A DNA stretch of 53,177 bases from assembly GCA_036172245.1 (NCBI GenBank), contig JAYWIR010000077.1, forward strand, positions 310,001 through 363,177. Reading direction: 5' to 3'. The position numbers were made by a program, and so were the translations under genes. Within the stretch, counting starts at the first letter, position 1, and every line of letters starts with the position of its first letter. The notes beneath the pieces were generated by a model that was not told the DNA's origin, ran no database searches, and saw only the letters and a program-made list of their open reading frames with translations. Shown here piece after piece: positions 25,321-37,125 of the stretch. The stretch is from Raillietiella orientalis. Taxonomy: Eukaryota.

Positions 25321-26690
25321 TTTCCACTCGGTCACGCCGGGCCGTTTGTTTTCATAAGCCAGTTGGGAAGGAAAGTTCCCAATCGCCGAATACAAGATGC
25401 AAAGGGGAGGGTCCTGCGACACGCAGGCCGGGAAAACGAGATGTCGAGAACGGGTGAGGGAGAAGGGGACAAACAAAGAGAAAAGTAATGAGACTGGGTT
25501 AGTTGTGGGACTGGGATCTTGGGACGCGCTCCGCACGCACCGGGAAACCAGTCAAAGAAAAGGAAAATACCGGGAAATTTGTGGAGCGACCAGGCACAGG
25601 GAATCAAGAAAAAAAAAGAATTTAATGAATAAGGGGGGGGGGGGGGTAAAGGGATCTCCTTCTTGGTTTTCTCGTCAAGCTGATGCCAGCTTGCAGCCGC
25701 ACCGACTTACGTGGCTGCCATCGCGGTGACATCCCTTCACCGCCTGGAGGTCTCCACCACATTTCGGGATGCGACGATGGCGCGTATGCAACCTACGGTT
25801 GCGATCACCGCGCTAGTCGTTTGTCTTGTCGGTGCGAAGAACCTCCGCAACACATCTCGAGCGGTGTCCTCCTGGTGCAGCAGTGCTGCTATCAGCCTTC
25901 GCCATCGTTCATGAAGCACACCGCAGTCTAAAAGCAGGTGCGAGAACGACTCCGTCGACCCACACCTGCCACAGTTAGGGGAATCAATCCCACGGGAAAC
26001 ACGATGCCGTCGCTCGTTGCACTGGAAACCCCAGTGCACGAACGGCAGCACGTCCATTCTCCAACCAATTGGAAACACGGATGTGTAAGCACAGTTTGGC
26101 GGGACCACTGACACTTCTGGGGCGATGTCTAACAGTTCGCCACACCGAACAAGTCCCGAACAAGCAGTTGTGCGCAAAGTAGCAGCATCTGCCACCTGGC
26201 GCGTGTTCCAGCCAGCCACCGAGGATGTAGTGCAGGAAATCTCTCATCTCGCCGGCAGGCTACTGTCTTCTCTTGCCCTGAGGGCAGACAGCGCTGCGGC
26301 AAGGGGAGTGGCGGCTACGGTGCACCACTTCGCGACGTCCCCGGCTATCAGGTGCGCCCTTCGCACGTCTGCCTCGGCCAGCCAATCTCGCCGCGTGTCT
26401 TCGGGCAACGCAGTGCGTGCAGCGACGTACAGCTCCAAAGCGACAGCGACCCTCGGCGCTGGTTGCTTATTTACCGGGGCTGTTTCGCGCGTTCGGGCTG
26501 CTCGCCTGCCTACGATTCTTTGCCTGAGTGGCGGTCTCGAGCAAATCCGGTGGCCGGAATCTTCCACTGCCTTGCTTGTCCGCTTTCGGAATGGGCGCTG
26601 CACACTGGCTGCTGCGTTTCCGTTCCAGGAAGCGGGAAACCGCGTCTAACCGTACACCGCCCAGTGTGAATTCCGAGGCGGAACACTTCA
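25321..26690 (-). mobile_element. 5'-truncated L1/Tx1-clade retrotransposon (copy D) nested in the endonuclease domain of copy C
   Basis: CGRCGSTESFSHLLLDC. The 3'UTR has the CTGCGT hairpin and the degenerate end AACAAACGGCCCGGCGTGACCGAGTGGAAAA. Possible decayed TSD (minus strand ACTTTAACGTTCGCCT vs ACTTGAAGTGTTCCGCCT). Confidence 0.8.
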
Positions 26691-29600
26691 AGTCCTCCGT
26701 CGCACGCGTAACCATTCCTGTGTGAAGAGAAGCGCGCGCAGTTTCCATCCGCCACCGGGATTGTGGGCGCACTTGGGGGCAGGAGGCACCGTCGCAGCTG
26801 GAGTCTTTCGGTTGCTCTTCCTGGTTTGCATCTGACTGCCTTCCTCGTGCGGGATTCGCGTCCCGTGCACTTTTATGTTCTGCCAATTCGTTGCGTGCAG
26901 GTGGCTTCCTGGGCGGGATGCCCGCAGCGACGCGCATCTCTAGCAGTGCTCGTCACTTACTGGACCTCTGCTGCACGAACCCGCATTTCTTCCGATGTTT
27001 TCGCTTTCGTGCACACAGTGTTCGCCATGTTGCCTTTTGCTACACGCGAGCTTTTCGAACCGTGCCCTCACCTCCGTTTGCGGATATGTAGCGGGAATCG
27101 GGATGCTGGCAGCAAAGAAAGCATGTGCAGGAAGCGTTCAGGGAACCGCGCAACCGCTCCCATGCGTGCGGAGGTCAGGCGTGTTTTCGACGCCGGCTGA
27201 GCGAACGAAAATGCGAAACGTATGACGTGCGAGATGCGACAGGCGTCATCACGTCCTGCAACCCATCGACGTTCCGAGATTAGAATATTCCGTTTAACGC
27301 CTCTTAGCGAGTAACGTGCCTTTCGAACCATCTTGGAAATCGTTTGAATGCTCGGTGGTCGTGTTCCTGAATGCTGCGTCTCGTCCTTTCCTCTCTCCTC
27401 ATTCTGAGATGCACTTTCCCTGCAATCTGCTCTGCGATCCGAGTGGCTAGCATCCATCGTTCTACCTTCCGAAGACACTGAATGCAGAACTCGCTTGGGA
27501 TGGTGGCGTATTGCGCCACGTTCGAGGCAGGGAGTTGCGCTCTTTGCCTCATCCGTTTTCCTCAGTGCTGTCAGATGGTGGGCGACCTCGAAAGCATTCC
27601 GTGCTTGCCTGGGCGCTCGCTGGAAACCGTCGCGTTTCCCCGGGCGCTTCCTTTGCCAGAAATCGGGAAACTGGCTTCCGGATGCCGTCGACCGGACGAT
27701 CGTGCCACGGAAGCCAGAACGCACCGCCGCAGCTGCCAACGACGTCCGCTTGCCTGCGATTCGAACGAAACTGTGCAATTTCTTGCTTGCTGTACTACGC
27801 ACTCAATCCCGCCACCGTGCCCCGGAATGGCACGATTCGCATTCGAAGGGTTAGCGCACAGAGGTTTTTCTAGCATGTGTTGATGACAGGGGTATCAGCT
27901 GCAAGCTGCTCATGCCTGCTGTCGTTTCTTCTGCTGTTCGACGACGAAGAAAACACTCACCTCCGCGGCTCCCGCGTACTTGGAAGTGTGGAACCTCTGA
28001 TCGGGAGAGGGTACTTTGTTCCCGAAGTGAGCGCACGTGGACTCCCGGTGCGAGCAGTCCAGCTGCCGTAGACTTGCGGACTTGTGTGCTCTCCTTGCGT
28101 CGCATTCGGGTGACCGCCGCGTGTCTGGCGTGCACGCAAGTTTCACGCTCCATCCGTGGCTACGGATGAGAGGCAGAGGCCCCATCGGAAAGAGAACCCT
28201 TGCGTTGGGAGCATGAGAACGTCCCAACTCTGCTGCTCACCACTGAGAAAGTAGCTGTGGGAGTCGTGGGGCGTGTGCCGTGACCGCTGGTTAACCAAAG
28301 GATTTGTTGGCTTCCTGCGAACGTGGCTACAGTAGCGGATGCTCAGCCTGGAATGGTCGGATGGGAGGTGGAAATTGCAATGATGCGCGGCGAGGAATGG
28401 GCGATGGCGAGTTGAAGAAGGCTGGAGAGACGCACGCTGTGTGCTTTCCATCCGTACCTGTTTCGAGTCCGGAAGTATCCTTCGTGTCGTATTTGTTGCT
28501 CCTTCAGGGCATATGAGGTGAACCAAGAGGCACGTTTGTTTGTGGTGGCAACGATCGCGCTGGTGGTGAGCAGGCTGGTGAGCGTTATTTTCCGATGGAA
28601 TCCTTTCTTCTTGTTTCGTGATTGCTTGCATTGCGAGTGAGCGCTGTGTACCGCGGGACAGTCGTGTTGGTATTTCGATCGCGCTGACGGGTGCTGCGTG
28701 GTCGGTCGGGAAGGGTTCCCGGATTCCATGTTGATGCTGCTGGGCAGCTGCACTGTCGCCGTTGACGAGGAGTACGAGGTTGTGGCTTCACAAGTTTCTC
28801 GCTGCTGGAAAGGATGGCGGCGCATGTGACACTGTGAGTTGCGGTTGCTAAAGCAGGTAGGGCGTGGGATGCTGCATCTCAAGGAGTTGTCCAGCTAGGG
28901 TGGCTATCACGTTGTACTTGGTGTCGCTCGTGTCCTCGCAGCAACGTTCCAGGTTCCGCAGTGGGGTATGCGATCGGGTGTGCAATTGGGGGAATTTGCC
29001 TGAGAATTGATGTGGATGGGTTGCGTCCTACTCTGCAGCGACGAAATGATTGGCATCGATGTCGCGCTGGCGATTGCCGATCCTTGGGTGTGGTGCGAAG
29101 CAGGAATGACGTGAGGGAGAATATCGGTTTTTGATGGTGCTTCCCTTTGCACGGTTGGTGGGGTTTCTCCATGGGCGCGTCGGGATGGTACGTACTGCGT
29201 GTGCCGAATGTTGGTGTGGTGCTGTCGGAAAAGGTTTGGATAGGGATGGTGGGGATGTTGGTTGGTTATCGCACTGTGTTGCTGATTTCGGACTTTTTCG
29301 TGATTGCTGACTCGGCATGGTTGTGGAAGAGGTCCAATGTTGCACGATGTCCTTTGCGGAGAGGCGCATGCTGGTTGCGAATAGGATTGTTGGTCGATTC
29401 GAGTGATGGTGTTGAGGAAGAAGACTTGAGACCTAGTCATGGTTTTGGGGGGTTTTCGGTGTTCAGCGGAATTTATTATTATCATTAATATTTATTAATG
29501 GAATGTAACTAGTATTTAATGGCGGAAAAATAATTTCGATTTCGAAAAGGCAAGTCTTCTGGATCATCCTGATGGAAGAAACGGTGCTGCGATTGAGAGG

Positions 29601-31020
29601 TACTTGGAGTTTGCTTTTCAGCTTGTCGATTTTTATTTTAGTCTGTAGGCAGCCCAGGTCTCCATCTTCCTTAAAGTTTCTGATGGTAATGGTAATCCTT
29701 GCGACATTCTTCAACGCCATATGGTGACAAATGCATGAAGCAATTCCCTTCCCATCCGGTTTCCTAGTTTTGACCTCACGTTGCCTTTCAGCCAAGAGAT
29801 CAGTTGAGCATCAGACGTCAATGATTACTAGGATCTTGTATTGGTTCAAATTATCCTCATGTTGTTAGCCCGAAGGATTCGGGTTTACTCCACCTGGTTG
29901 TCACATGAAATGAAAATGGGACAATTTCGAATTGACTCATTTTGCAAACAGTTGTTCCACGTGACAACGGAGCTCCTCACGAATAACGTGGTTAAGCATG
30001 AAAATGCTACAAGCAGTGCTTCGAAGCGTTTGAAGTACGTAACTGATAAATGTTTACAAAAGGGAGTAACGGTGAATTCAAAAAATGAATGTCATCTTGA
30101 TATGCATGCCCACGATTTGATTCAAGAATTACAAGAGCACATTTACGCTTATTTAGGTTATAAAATGAAAACGTTTGCAGTCGGAACACGCCGCCCACCA
30201 CGCAATGGAGAAGCTGGAAGAATAAACCGTGCAACACGAAGAAGGAAGATGTTTGTCCAGGGCAAAATCTACGGCATGTTAGATCACTCCCCATATTAGA
30301 GGTGAATGCATCACTGGTACCAAAACAAACACACCCGATGGCAAAATGTGCCACGACCCTCATGATGCCTTGTTTTATGGTTCTTATCAACAGCCTTTCA
30401 AAATGAGGACGTGAAAACACAATTTGTTCATTTCTTCCCTTATATTTTAATGCAGTAATAAATAGAGTGAAGTGAGGCCACGCTTAACCAAGCTACTAGA
30501 TCAAGAATTGAAATGATATATATCTATATAGAAATAGTATACATCATAATTTTACATTGTGAAAGAATGTTATTCCATAATTATATAGAGAAGATTTGAA
30601 AAACTTGGTCAACGTATTTTCTATTACATTGTGATGAAAAATATTTTCATTTTTGCTTCGGTTTCGGGCGACAGCGAGTATCCGACTTTCCAGATCTTTT
30701 TTTTTTTCAAGGAGTTGACGAGGAGAAGAGAGGAATTTTGAGGCGAGGGGTGGATTTTCCACAAAAGGAAAAACGTTTGAAGGGGTTCGACCAAAATTGG
30801 GGGAACTCTTAGACGAACTCCCTTGCCGGACGCTTGCGAGGTTTCCCCAGAGCTTTGCAAAGACCGCAAGATCTCTTCTTTCAGTTTGGGAAGAGGACCA
30901 CAAGCCCGGTTCGATTGGATGCTTGGATAAATGCAGTGCTGAAAGGATGGGAAAAAAGGGCTTGGAGCATTTCAGGAGCAAGCAGTTGCATTGCAATCGG
31001 AGGAAGCAATTTGTGGAAAG

Positions 31021-31473
31021 CGAAAATCCTCATTTATAGGTATCCTCCCAATAAAAATAATAAAAACATTGAAATTTGCAACAATCACATTGATTATCTC
31101 AGAAATTTTCTTATTCGTTTCCTTCTTTGGATCATTCTTCCATTCCAGACCAACAGTCAATCTACAATTTCGATTTTCCTGACCTCCACCCAATCTTGCC
31201 CTACCCTACACCACAGAAGTTGGCACCATACTTGGCACCATTCTCCGGCTAAGATCAGTTATCTCAGTTACATGAACACATCACTCTCTCTCAAAAAGAA
31301 ACGATTCCCTCTCATTTTTATCCCTACTTGTTACTATCACAAGTGGATTCATATTCCTTACAACTCAAGCCATAGAATACTTCATACTCGAATTCTCTAT
31401 TACAGATTCAATTTTCCGTTCAACATTCTTCATCGCAACAGGATTCCACGGTTTGCACGGTTTGCATCTCATT
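31021..31473 (+). pseudogene. cox3: NUMT cox3 fragment
   Basis: IISEIFLFVSFF.SFFHS, SVTWTHHSL, TFFIATGFHGLH (with a 9-nt tandem duplication GLH-GLH). Confidence 0.93.
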
Positions 31474-31934
31474 CCACCCCACATCTCCATCAACAACCAC
31501 CCAATCCCCATCAATAAAATTCCATCTCCAATACGATTACTCAAAAAAGAAATCATTCCTCCATAATTAGAACCGCAATTCATAGAAAAAATAACCAAAC
31601 AATAAGAAATAATATCCAACCCATCCCAACCCAAAATAACAGTCACTAACCTGCCGCTCATAATCAACAGAAATATTCTCACTACAAACCAAAATACTCC
31701 AATAGAAAATCACTTCTTCTTCCACTCAATATATTCCCAACTATACATCATAACCAAAAAAGAAATAACCATCACATGCCTCATAAGAAAGAAACACTTA
31801 TCGTACAAAACAAACAACAAACCTCATTCCATTCCTCCCAACCTTATCAATGATCACTCTATTAACACCACCCTACTTCAACAAACAAAGCACAAACCCA
31901 CATTTACAACTATCATCCTCACCCACACCACCAT
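31474..31934 (-). pseudogene. nad5: NUMT nad5, 5' part only
   Basis: ILGWDGLDIISYCLVIF...SNRIGD motif; ATG at 31934. Confidence 0.92.
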
Positions 31935-31990
31935 GTAATTCAAATTAATTGCGATACCACAAATCGTTATTCTCATTAAACTATCTTGAC
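31935..31990 (-). tRNA. trnH: NUMT mitochondrial tRNA-His(GUG) pseudogene, apparently lacking a T-arm
   Basis: Minus strand GTCAAGA TA GTTTAATGAGAAT A ACGAT TTGTGGT ATCGC AATTAATTTGAAT. Anticodon GTG at 31958-31960; canonical position between nad5 and nad4. Confidence 0.75.
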
Positions 31991-32850
31991 ATCAATACAA
32001 AAGCATCATGATCCGAACTACCCTAGCTACTACACTCATTACAACAACATCAAAATCTTTCATCGTCAACACAAACCCTGCATCCACCGCTATCCTTCCA
32101 TGACCACATTTACTATTCCTACATGTACTGTACTTTCACCAAACAACCCCAATCTTAAAGGACACGACATATTTAAAAAACACAAAATCATAATTAATCC
32201 CCGCTACAACTTCATCTCATTCCACCCCTCGAATACATTGACCGTCTCCCTAATAATTCAAACATTAAACCACTAATAAAAAAGAAACCAGACGGCACAT
32301 AACCCTGAGCCACCATCATCAAAACACATCCCATCAATCCCATCTCCCCCCTACAATAACCCTTATATGACAAATCGATGAATAAGCCACAATTACCTTA
32401 TAATCTACCTGTCGAAAGCACATCAGTCCCCCCACACACACCACCTACCATACTTACCCCTACTAATCATAACCGTACAACTGCATAATGATACTTCCTA
32501 AACAACCGTACCATCCCATACCCCCCCCCCCCCCCCAAACTTCAACATAACCCCAGCAAGGATTATAGAACCATAAGAAATACACTCTACATGAGCTTTT
32601 GCAAGTCATAAATGAACTCCATAAACTGCAACTTTACAACAATCAACACCATAGGGGTCATCCTACCCTCAAAAAATAGATCAAATATAACAAAATTAAC
32701 CCTCATAAATCGATAAATCACGAATATACCCAAAATCAGTCTCATTCCCCTCAATATCCCCCTCCTGCACTCCCCTGCGTCACCCAAAAAAATAACACCA
32801 CTGTCATCAATAACAAACAATATCTCACTCCATCAACGATATAGCGCCTC
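31991..32850 (-). pseudogene. nad4: NUMT nad4 with internal deletion
   Basis: KAHVE...GSMILAGVMLKFGG, CFRQVDYKVIVAYSSICHM, FFEGSMTP. Confidence 0.92.
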
Positions 32851-33080
32851 CACCTAAACATTGCTCCTTACATAAACATCCCATTACCCACAAAAACACA
32901 ACTCCCCAACACACCCTTCCCCAGCCACAACCCACACCCATCGCCATAAATAACATAAACATCACAATCCCTAACGTCCAATAATATTAATAGATTGACG
33001 ATAATCATTACCAAACCACCGCCTAGCAAGAACAATCCAACATAACCCTATAGCCCCCTCGCAAATACAAAGTGCCATCA
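32850..33080 (-). pseudogene. nad4L: NUMT nad4L (boundaries approximate)
   Basis: Position upstream of nad4 and a GEGCVG-like (CEGALG) remnant. Confidence 0.55.
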
Positions 33081-33319
33081 TAATTAAAATTTCACATCCA
33101 CTACCGCTTACACGCATTTCTACCAAAAAAAAAAATAACCCAAACAACCCAACATTATCATTTCCAACCTTAAAAGTCCCCTTACAATATGCCGCTTTTA
33201 TTTAGAAAAAATCTTCATAAACCCAATCAAAATACAATGACTATACCCATCTCTACTACTGAATCAGTCCTGGATATATCTCCCAACAAATCTCCAGATT
33301 AAACCATCATCTACACACC

Positions 33320-33744
33320 CCTTGCATACTCATAATTACAACCACATCTCTCCTTTACTGTTCACATACCAACCCAATAATCATAGCTCTCTTCCTAGCC
33401 ATAACTTCACTAACCATTTCCATCACCATCAACCTCCTTTCCATAACATCACGACACGCCGTCATCATATTCCTCGACTACGCCGGAGGAATCCTAACCA
33501 TCTTTTCTGACATAACATCTCTAACATAGAACGAATTACCTTAATTCAATTAGACCCCATTATTACTGCTCTTACCCAATTCACCTCAACCCACTTCCCC
33601 CTCTTCACCCCACTCATCAAAAATCGTACTATCACTACCCAACATTCCAATAACCTGATTCCTCGTATCCTACCTAATACTAACATTAATCATTATCCCA
33701 TACATAATTTTGCAAACTGAAACACCCCTCCGCTCCCTTCTTTC
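33320..33744 (+). pseudogene. nad6: NUMT nad6
   Basis: NPMIMALFL...FLDYAGGILTIFSDMTSL and a terminal PLR-like motif directly upstream of cob. Confidence 0.85.
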
Positions 33745-34290
33745 ATGACAAACCCAAACAAAAAAATGAACCACACAATGAACATACGCATACCATCAAA
33801 CGTTTCCTACTCTTGAAACCTGGGCTCCATAATAGGAATCTTTCTAATTACCCAACTGTTTACAGGCATCATCATTTCTATACATTACACCCCCATACCT
33901 CATCAATCATCAACATGATGCACAACACCAACAACGGATGACTCGTACGATACGTCCACGCCCACACCGCCTCCTTCTTTCTCATAGCAATCTGCCCACA
34001 CACTTTCCGCGCATTAAACTCCTTTTCCTACAAAAACACTGCAACCTGAATATAGGGATTACTTCTACTCATTTTACTAATAGTAACATCGTTTCCTAGG
34101 TTATGTCCTTCCTTGAGGACAAATATCTTTTTGAGCCGCTACAGTTATCACCAACCTATTTTCCACCATCCCTCTCATCGGACAACGCATCATCTCATTT
34201 TTATGAGGATATTTCTTCGATTCTTTTCCCTACACTTCATCTTACCCTTCGTCATAATACCCATCTCTCTATCACGCCTATTTTTCCTCC
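33745..34290 (+). pseudogene. cob: NUMT cytochrome b, 5' half
   Basis: [55 protein letters not shown]. Confidence 0.96.
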
Positions 34291-36529
34291 GGTCGGTAGC
34301 TGCTGCTCGACCATCGAGCGCTACGCGATACTGCAGTTAAAGCCATGTCCGCGCGAGAAGGAGTTCGCATCCATGGACCGCCCGAGAGCAGCGGGTAGGT
34401 CTGCTCCGAAGTCGCAACAGACTACGCGATCCTTCTCCCAGTCGCGCGACCCAAAGCTTCGAGCACAGCTCGATATCAGAATTCACCAAGGTGATCGGAC
34501 GTCAGTTGTTGAGGTATCGCAAGTCCCCGCCTTTCGGCAGGAGACGCACCTTCGCTGACAAGATGCACCAGACTGAGAGACCTGACGCTCGGCCTCTTGC
34601 TCTTGGCAGCACCTACTTTGAGTGGGTGCTGAGGGCGTGCAGGGAGACTCTAGCTCGCCTGCCGCGAGCGTGCCCAAGCACACCGTCCGCGTCAGAGTAT
34701 GCAGACGAGGGCTGCCGCTGCTCTCCAAGTGCACTCCGCCTTCGGCGCTCGAAACTTTCTTCTGGTAGCTAAGCCATGGAACAGGACTCGAGGTGAACAG
34801 GACGAAGTCGTCCGTGGTAGCAGTCGGTGCGTCGTGGCAGGGTAGCAAGACTGGATCCGCTCGGGTGTCCCCACGGTTGGGTACTTTACGTACCTCGGTG
34901 TGCCGTTGCTGGACTATTCTCCTGAGGAGGAGGCGTCCAGCTGCCTCCAGAAGGCAGAGAAGGCGATCGGCCCGTTCCTGGCTGGCAAGTTTTTCCTGCC
35001 GGAACAGGCCGCGGTGTGGAACACCTTCGTGGCCCTCCTCCTCCGCCCCCTGCTTTTTGTTTGCCCCACCAAGCGGTGTAAAGAAGAGGACAAAGGAACT
35101 CCTGAGGACCGCCTTGTAGGGCGCAGGGAGTCCCCGAGTCCGCCTGAAGCACTTGCGCGCTCCACGTCGGGACGGCGTTCTTAGCCTCCTGACGCTGGAG
35201 CGCGTGGAAATTCAGCTGCGATGGCGCACCCCCGCCATCGCAGCGAAGATGTGGAGCACCCCTTGGTGCATTCCGGCTCGCCTACTCGCCAGTCGTGTGT
35301 CCCGATGCGAAGGACTCGCGTCTTTTCTTCTGTGCTCCGGCCGGAAGATCCGAAGATGCGGCCTACTGCTCGGGCGCATGGCAACCCTGGCGAAGGAGAA
35401 CAGCTGGATGGTTTGTAGCCTCGCCAACTCCTCCGCCTGGCTGAAGGAGACTGCTGGCACCTGGGCTAAGCTAAACCAGAGGAGTGAAGATCCCATGAAT
35501 TGCCTGCGTGTCGGCCCATACGCCCGCCGCACCCTGCGGGAAATACTTGAATTTCCCGCGGGTTGCACGTGGGCAGAGAGGACCCCCCTTGCTACGGCGA
35601 TGCCCTACCTCCGGAGGGCGCTTAGCGGCATCCAGAAGCCGAGGTGGCAAGTCTCCTGCCGAATCGCAGGCAGGGAGAAGATGTTAAGCGGCTGGACAAC
35701 AAGAGAACTGGCGGACCCACGCCACGGCCCCGAGCGTCCAGCCGAGAGGACTTTTGCGATGGGGTGAGCTGCTCGCCATCCCCATGGATGCGCTGAAGTG
35801 GCCCCCGGTGTTGTTGGAATCGAGGATCCTGCCCCTTAAGTGGCAAGAATCGGCGCTGCTACTGCTGCATTGGGGTTTACCCTGCAACGCACGCCGCTTC
35901 CACTGGACAAGGGGAGCGGTGGATCCTCAGTGTGCCAGGTGCGGAGAGCGGGAATCGTTCTCCCACCTACTTGTTGACTGTGCTGCCCTCCGACCCCTCT
36001 GGGAACGGTTTGGGACGACCCTCGGGCTCCCGGTGGGCAGCCAACCCAGAGACGTTCTCCGCCTTCTCTTCGTGCGGGACGCCCTTGAGCCAGCTGCAGC
36101 CGTGGCAGCACTCTGCTGTATTCGAGGCATCGTGGCGGCCTGGAGCGATACCTGCGGCGAAGGAGTGGATTCAAATGCGATGGCTGTCATCCCGTATGCT
36201 GTTCGCTTCCTGCGGAGAGCTATTGGATGGCCCCAGCTGGGAAGATTGAAGATGGACATCGAGGATATCCTGCTAAGGATGGACCCTCCTCCCAGTGGAC
36301 TGTGATCCCTTCCTTTCCCCAAAAAAACTCTTTTTTTTTTGGTTTACTGGTTTATTTTTCTTTTTGTTTCTCCCCCCATCCCCTTCCACTTCCGAGGAGA
36401 GTCACACCGGGCTGCGTCCCGGTGTCCCGGCAGGTCCGGTATTGCGTGGACGTTAGTGGGGCCTTGTACCACGTTCTGTACTGACAGATGAAGCGTTTTA
36501 ATAAACGTCCCGGCGTACCCGGGTGGCAT
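34291..36529 (+). mobile_element. L1/Tx1-clade retrotransposon (copy E) with an inverted 5' segment (34291-~34565)
   Basis: Minus-strand RT start (VRLLPKGGDL...RPITLVNSD) is followed by plus-strand EYADE, YLGVPL, zf CARCGERESFSHLLVDC and a 3'UTR ending AATAAACGTCCCGGCGTACCCGGGTGGCAT. Confidence 0.9.
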
Positions 36530-37125
36530 CACCGACCGACACTATGGACGACTTCGCTCCACCCACTTCCCCCTACCTTAGCCCTGTTCACCTACAGGCC
36601 CGCTGCGATAAGGACCTATGGTCTTCTCGCTCCTCGGTTGGTGGTTGCTTTCGTTTGTGAGTGTGCTGTGCGGAGATTCGGTGGTGGGTAGGGTAGTGGG
36701 TAGTAGCCTAACACCACATCACGAACGAAGGCCGTGTGTCGATGTCCGCATCGGCCCTAGACGCTATGGGAATGTGGGGGCCCGCCATTGTAGATTTGTC
36801 CCCCGCTCCAGCGAGGGCATGGCACGCCGCGGCTCCGTTGCCTGCAGCCATGTCCGAGCAAACGATTTGCTTTTAAGAAGGCTATAATACCTTCTTCACA
36901 GGGTAGGAATCGCTTACACCTCAGATTGCGCGCGCGCCTTCCTGAAGGAGCTGCGCGCTCTCAACGTTAAACAGGAGGAGCCTCGAGCAATGACCTTTCG
37001 CAACGGGGGTCAGTACCCTGAGGTGGTTTGTAAGGAAGCCTGAACGACTGCTGAGGGACTTTTAAGAACTCCCGTTGTGATGGGAGGCAGGAGGCTGCTA
37101 CCGATCATTGTGGACCGCTAGGTGG

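Larger units (their letters stand above)
31021..34290. pseudogene. NUMT (nuclear copy of mitochondrial DNA), rearranged and degenerate
   Basis: Under the invertebrate mitochondrial code it gives cox3, nad5, nad4, nad4L, nad6 and cob motifs, with frameshifts, deletions and strong A/C skew. It is embedded among nuclear transposons. Confidence 0.96.

Noticed and set aside
33090..33320. trnT and trnP expected between nad4L and nad6
   Set aside because: Possible anticodon loops exist, but I could not fold convincing cloverleaves.
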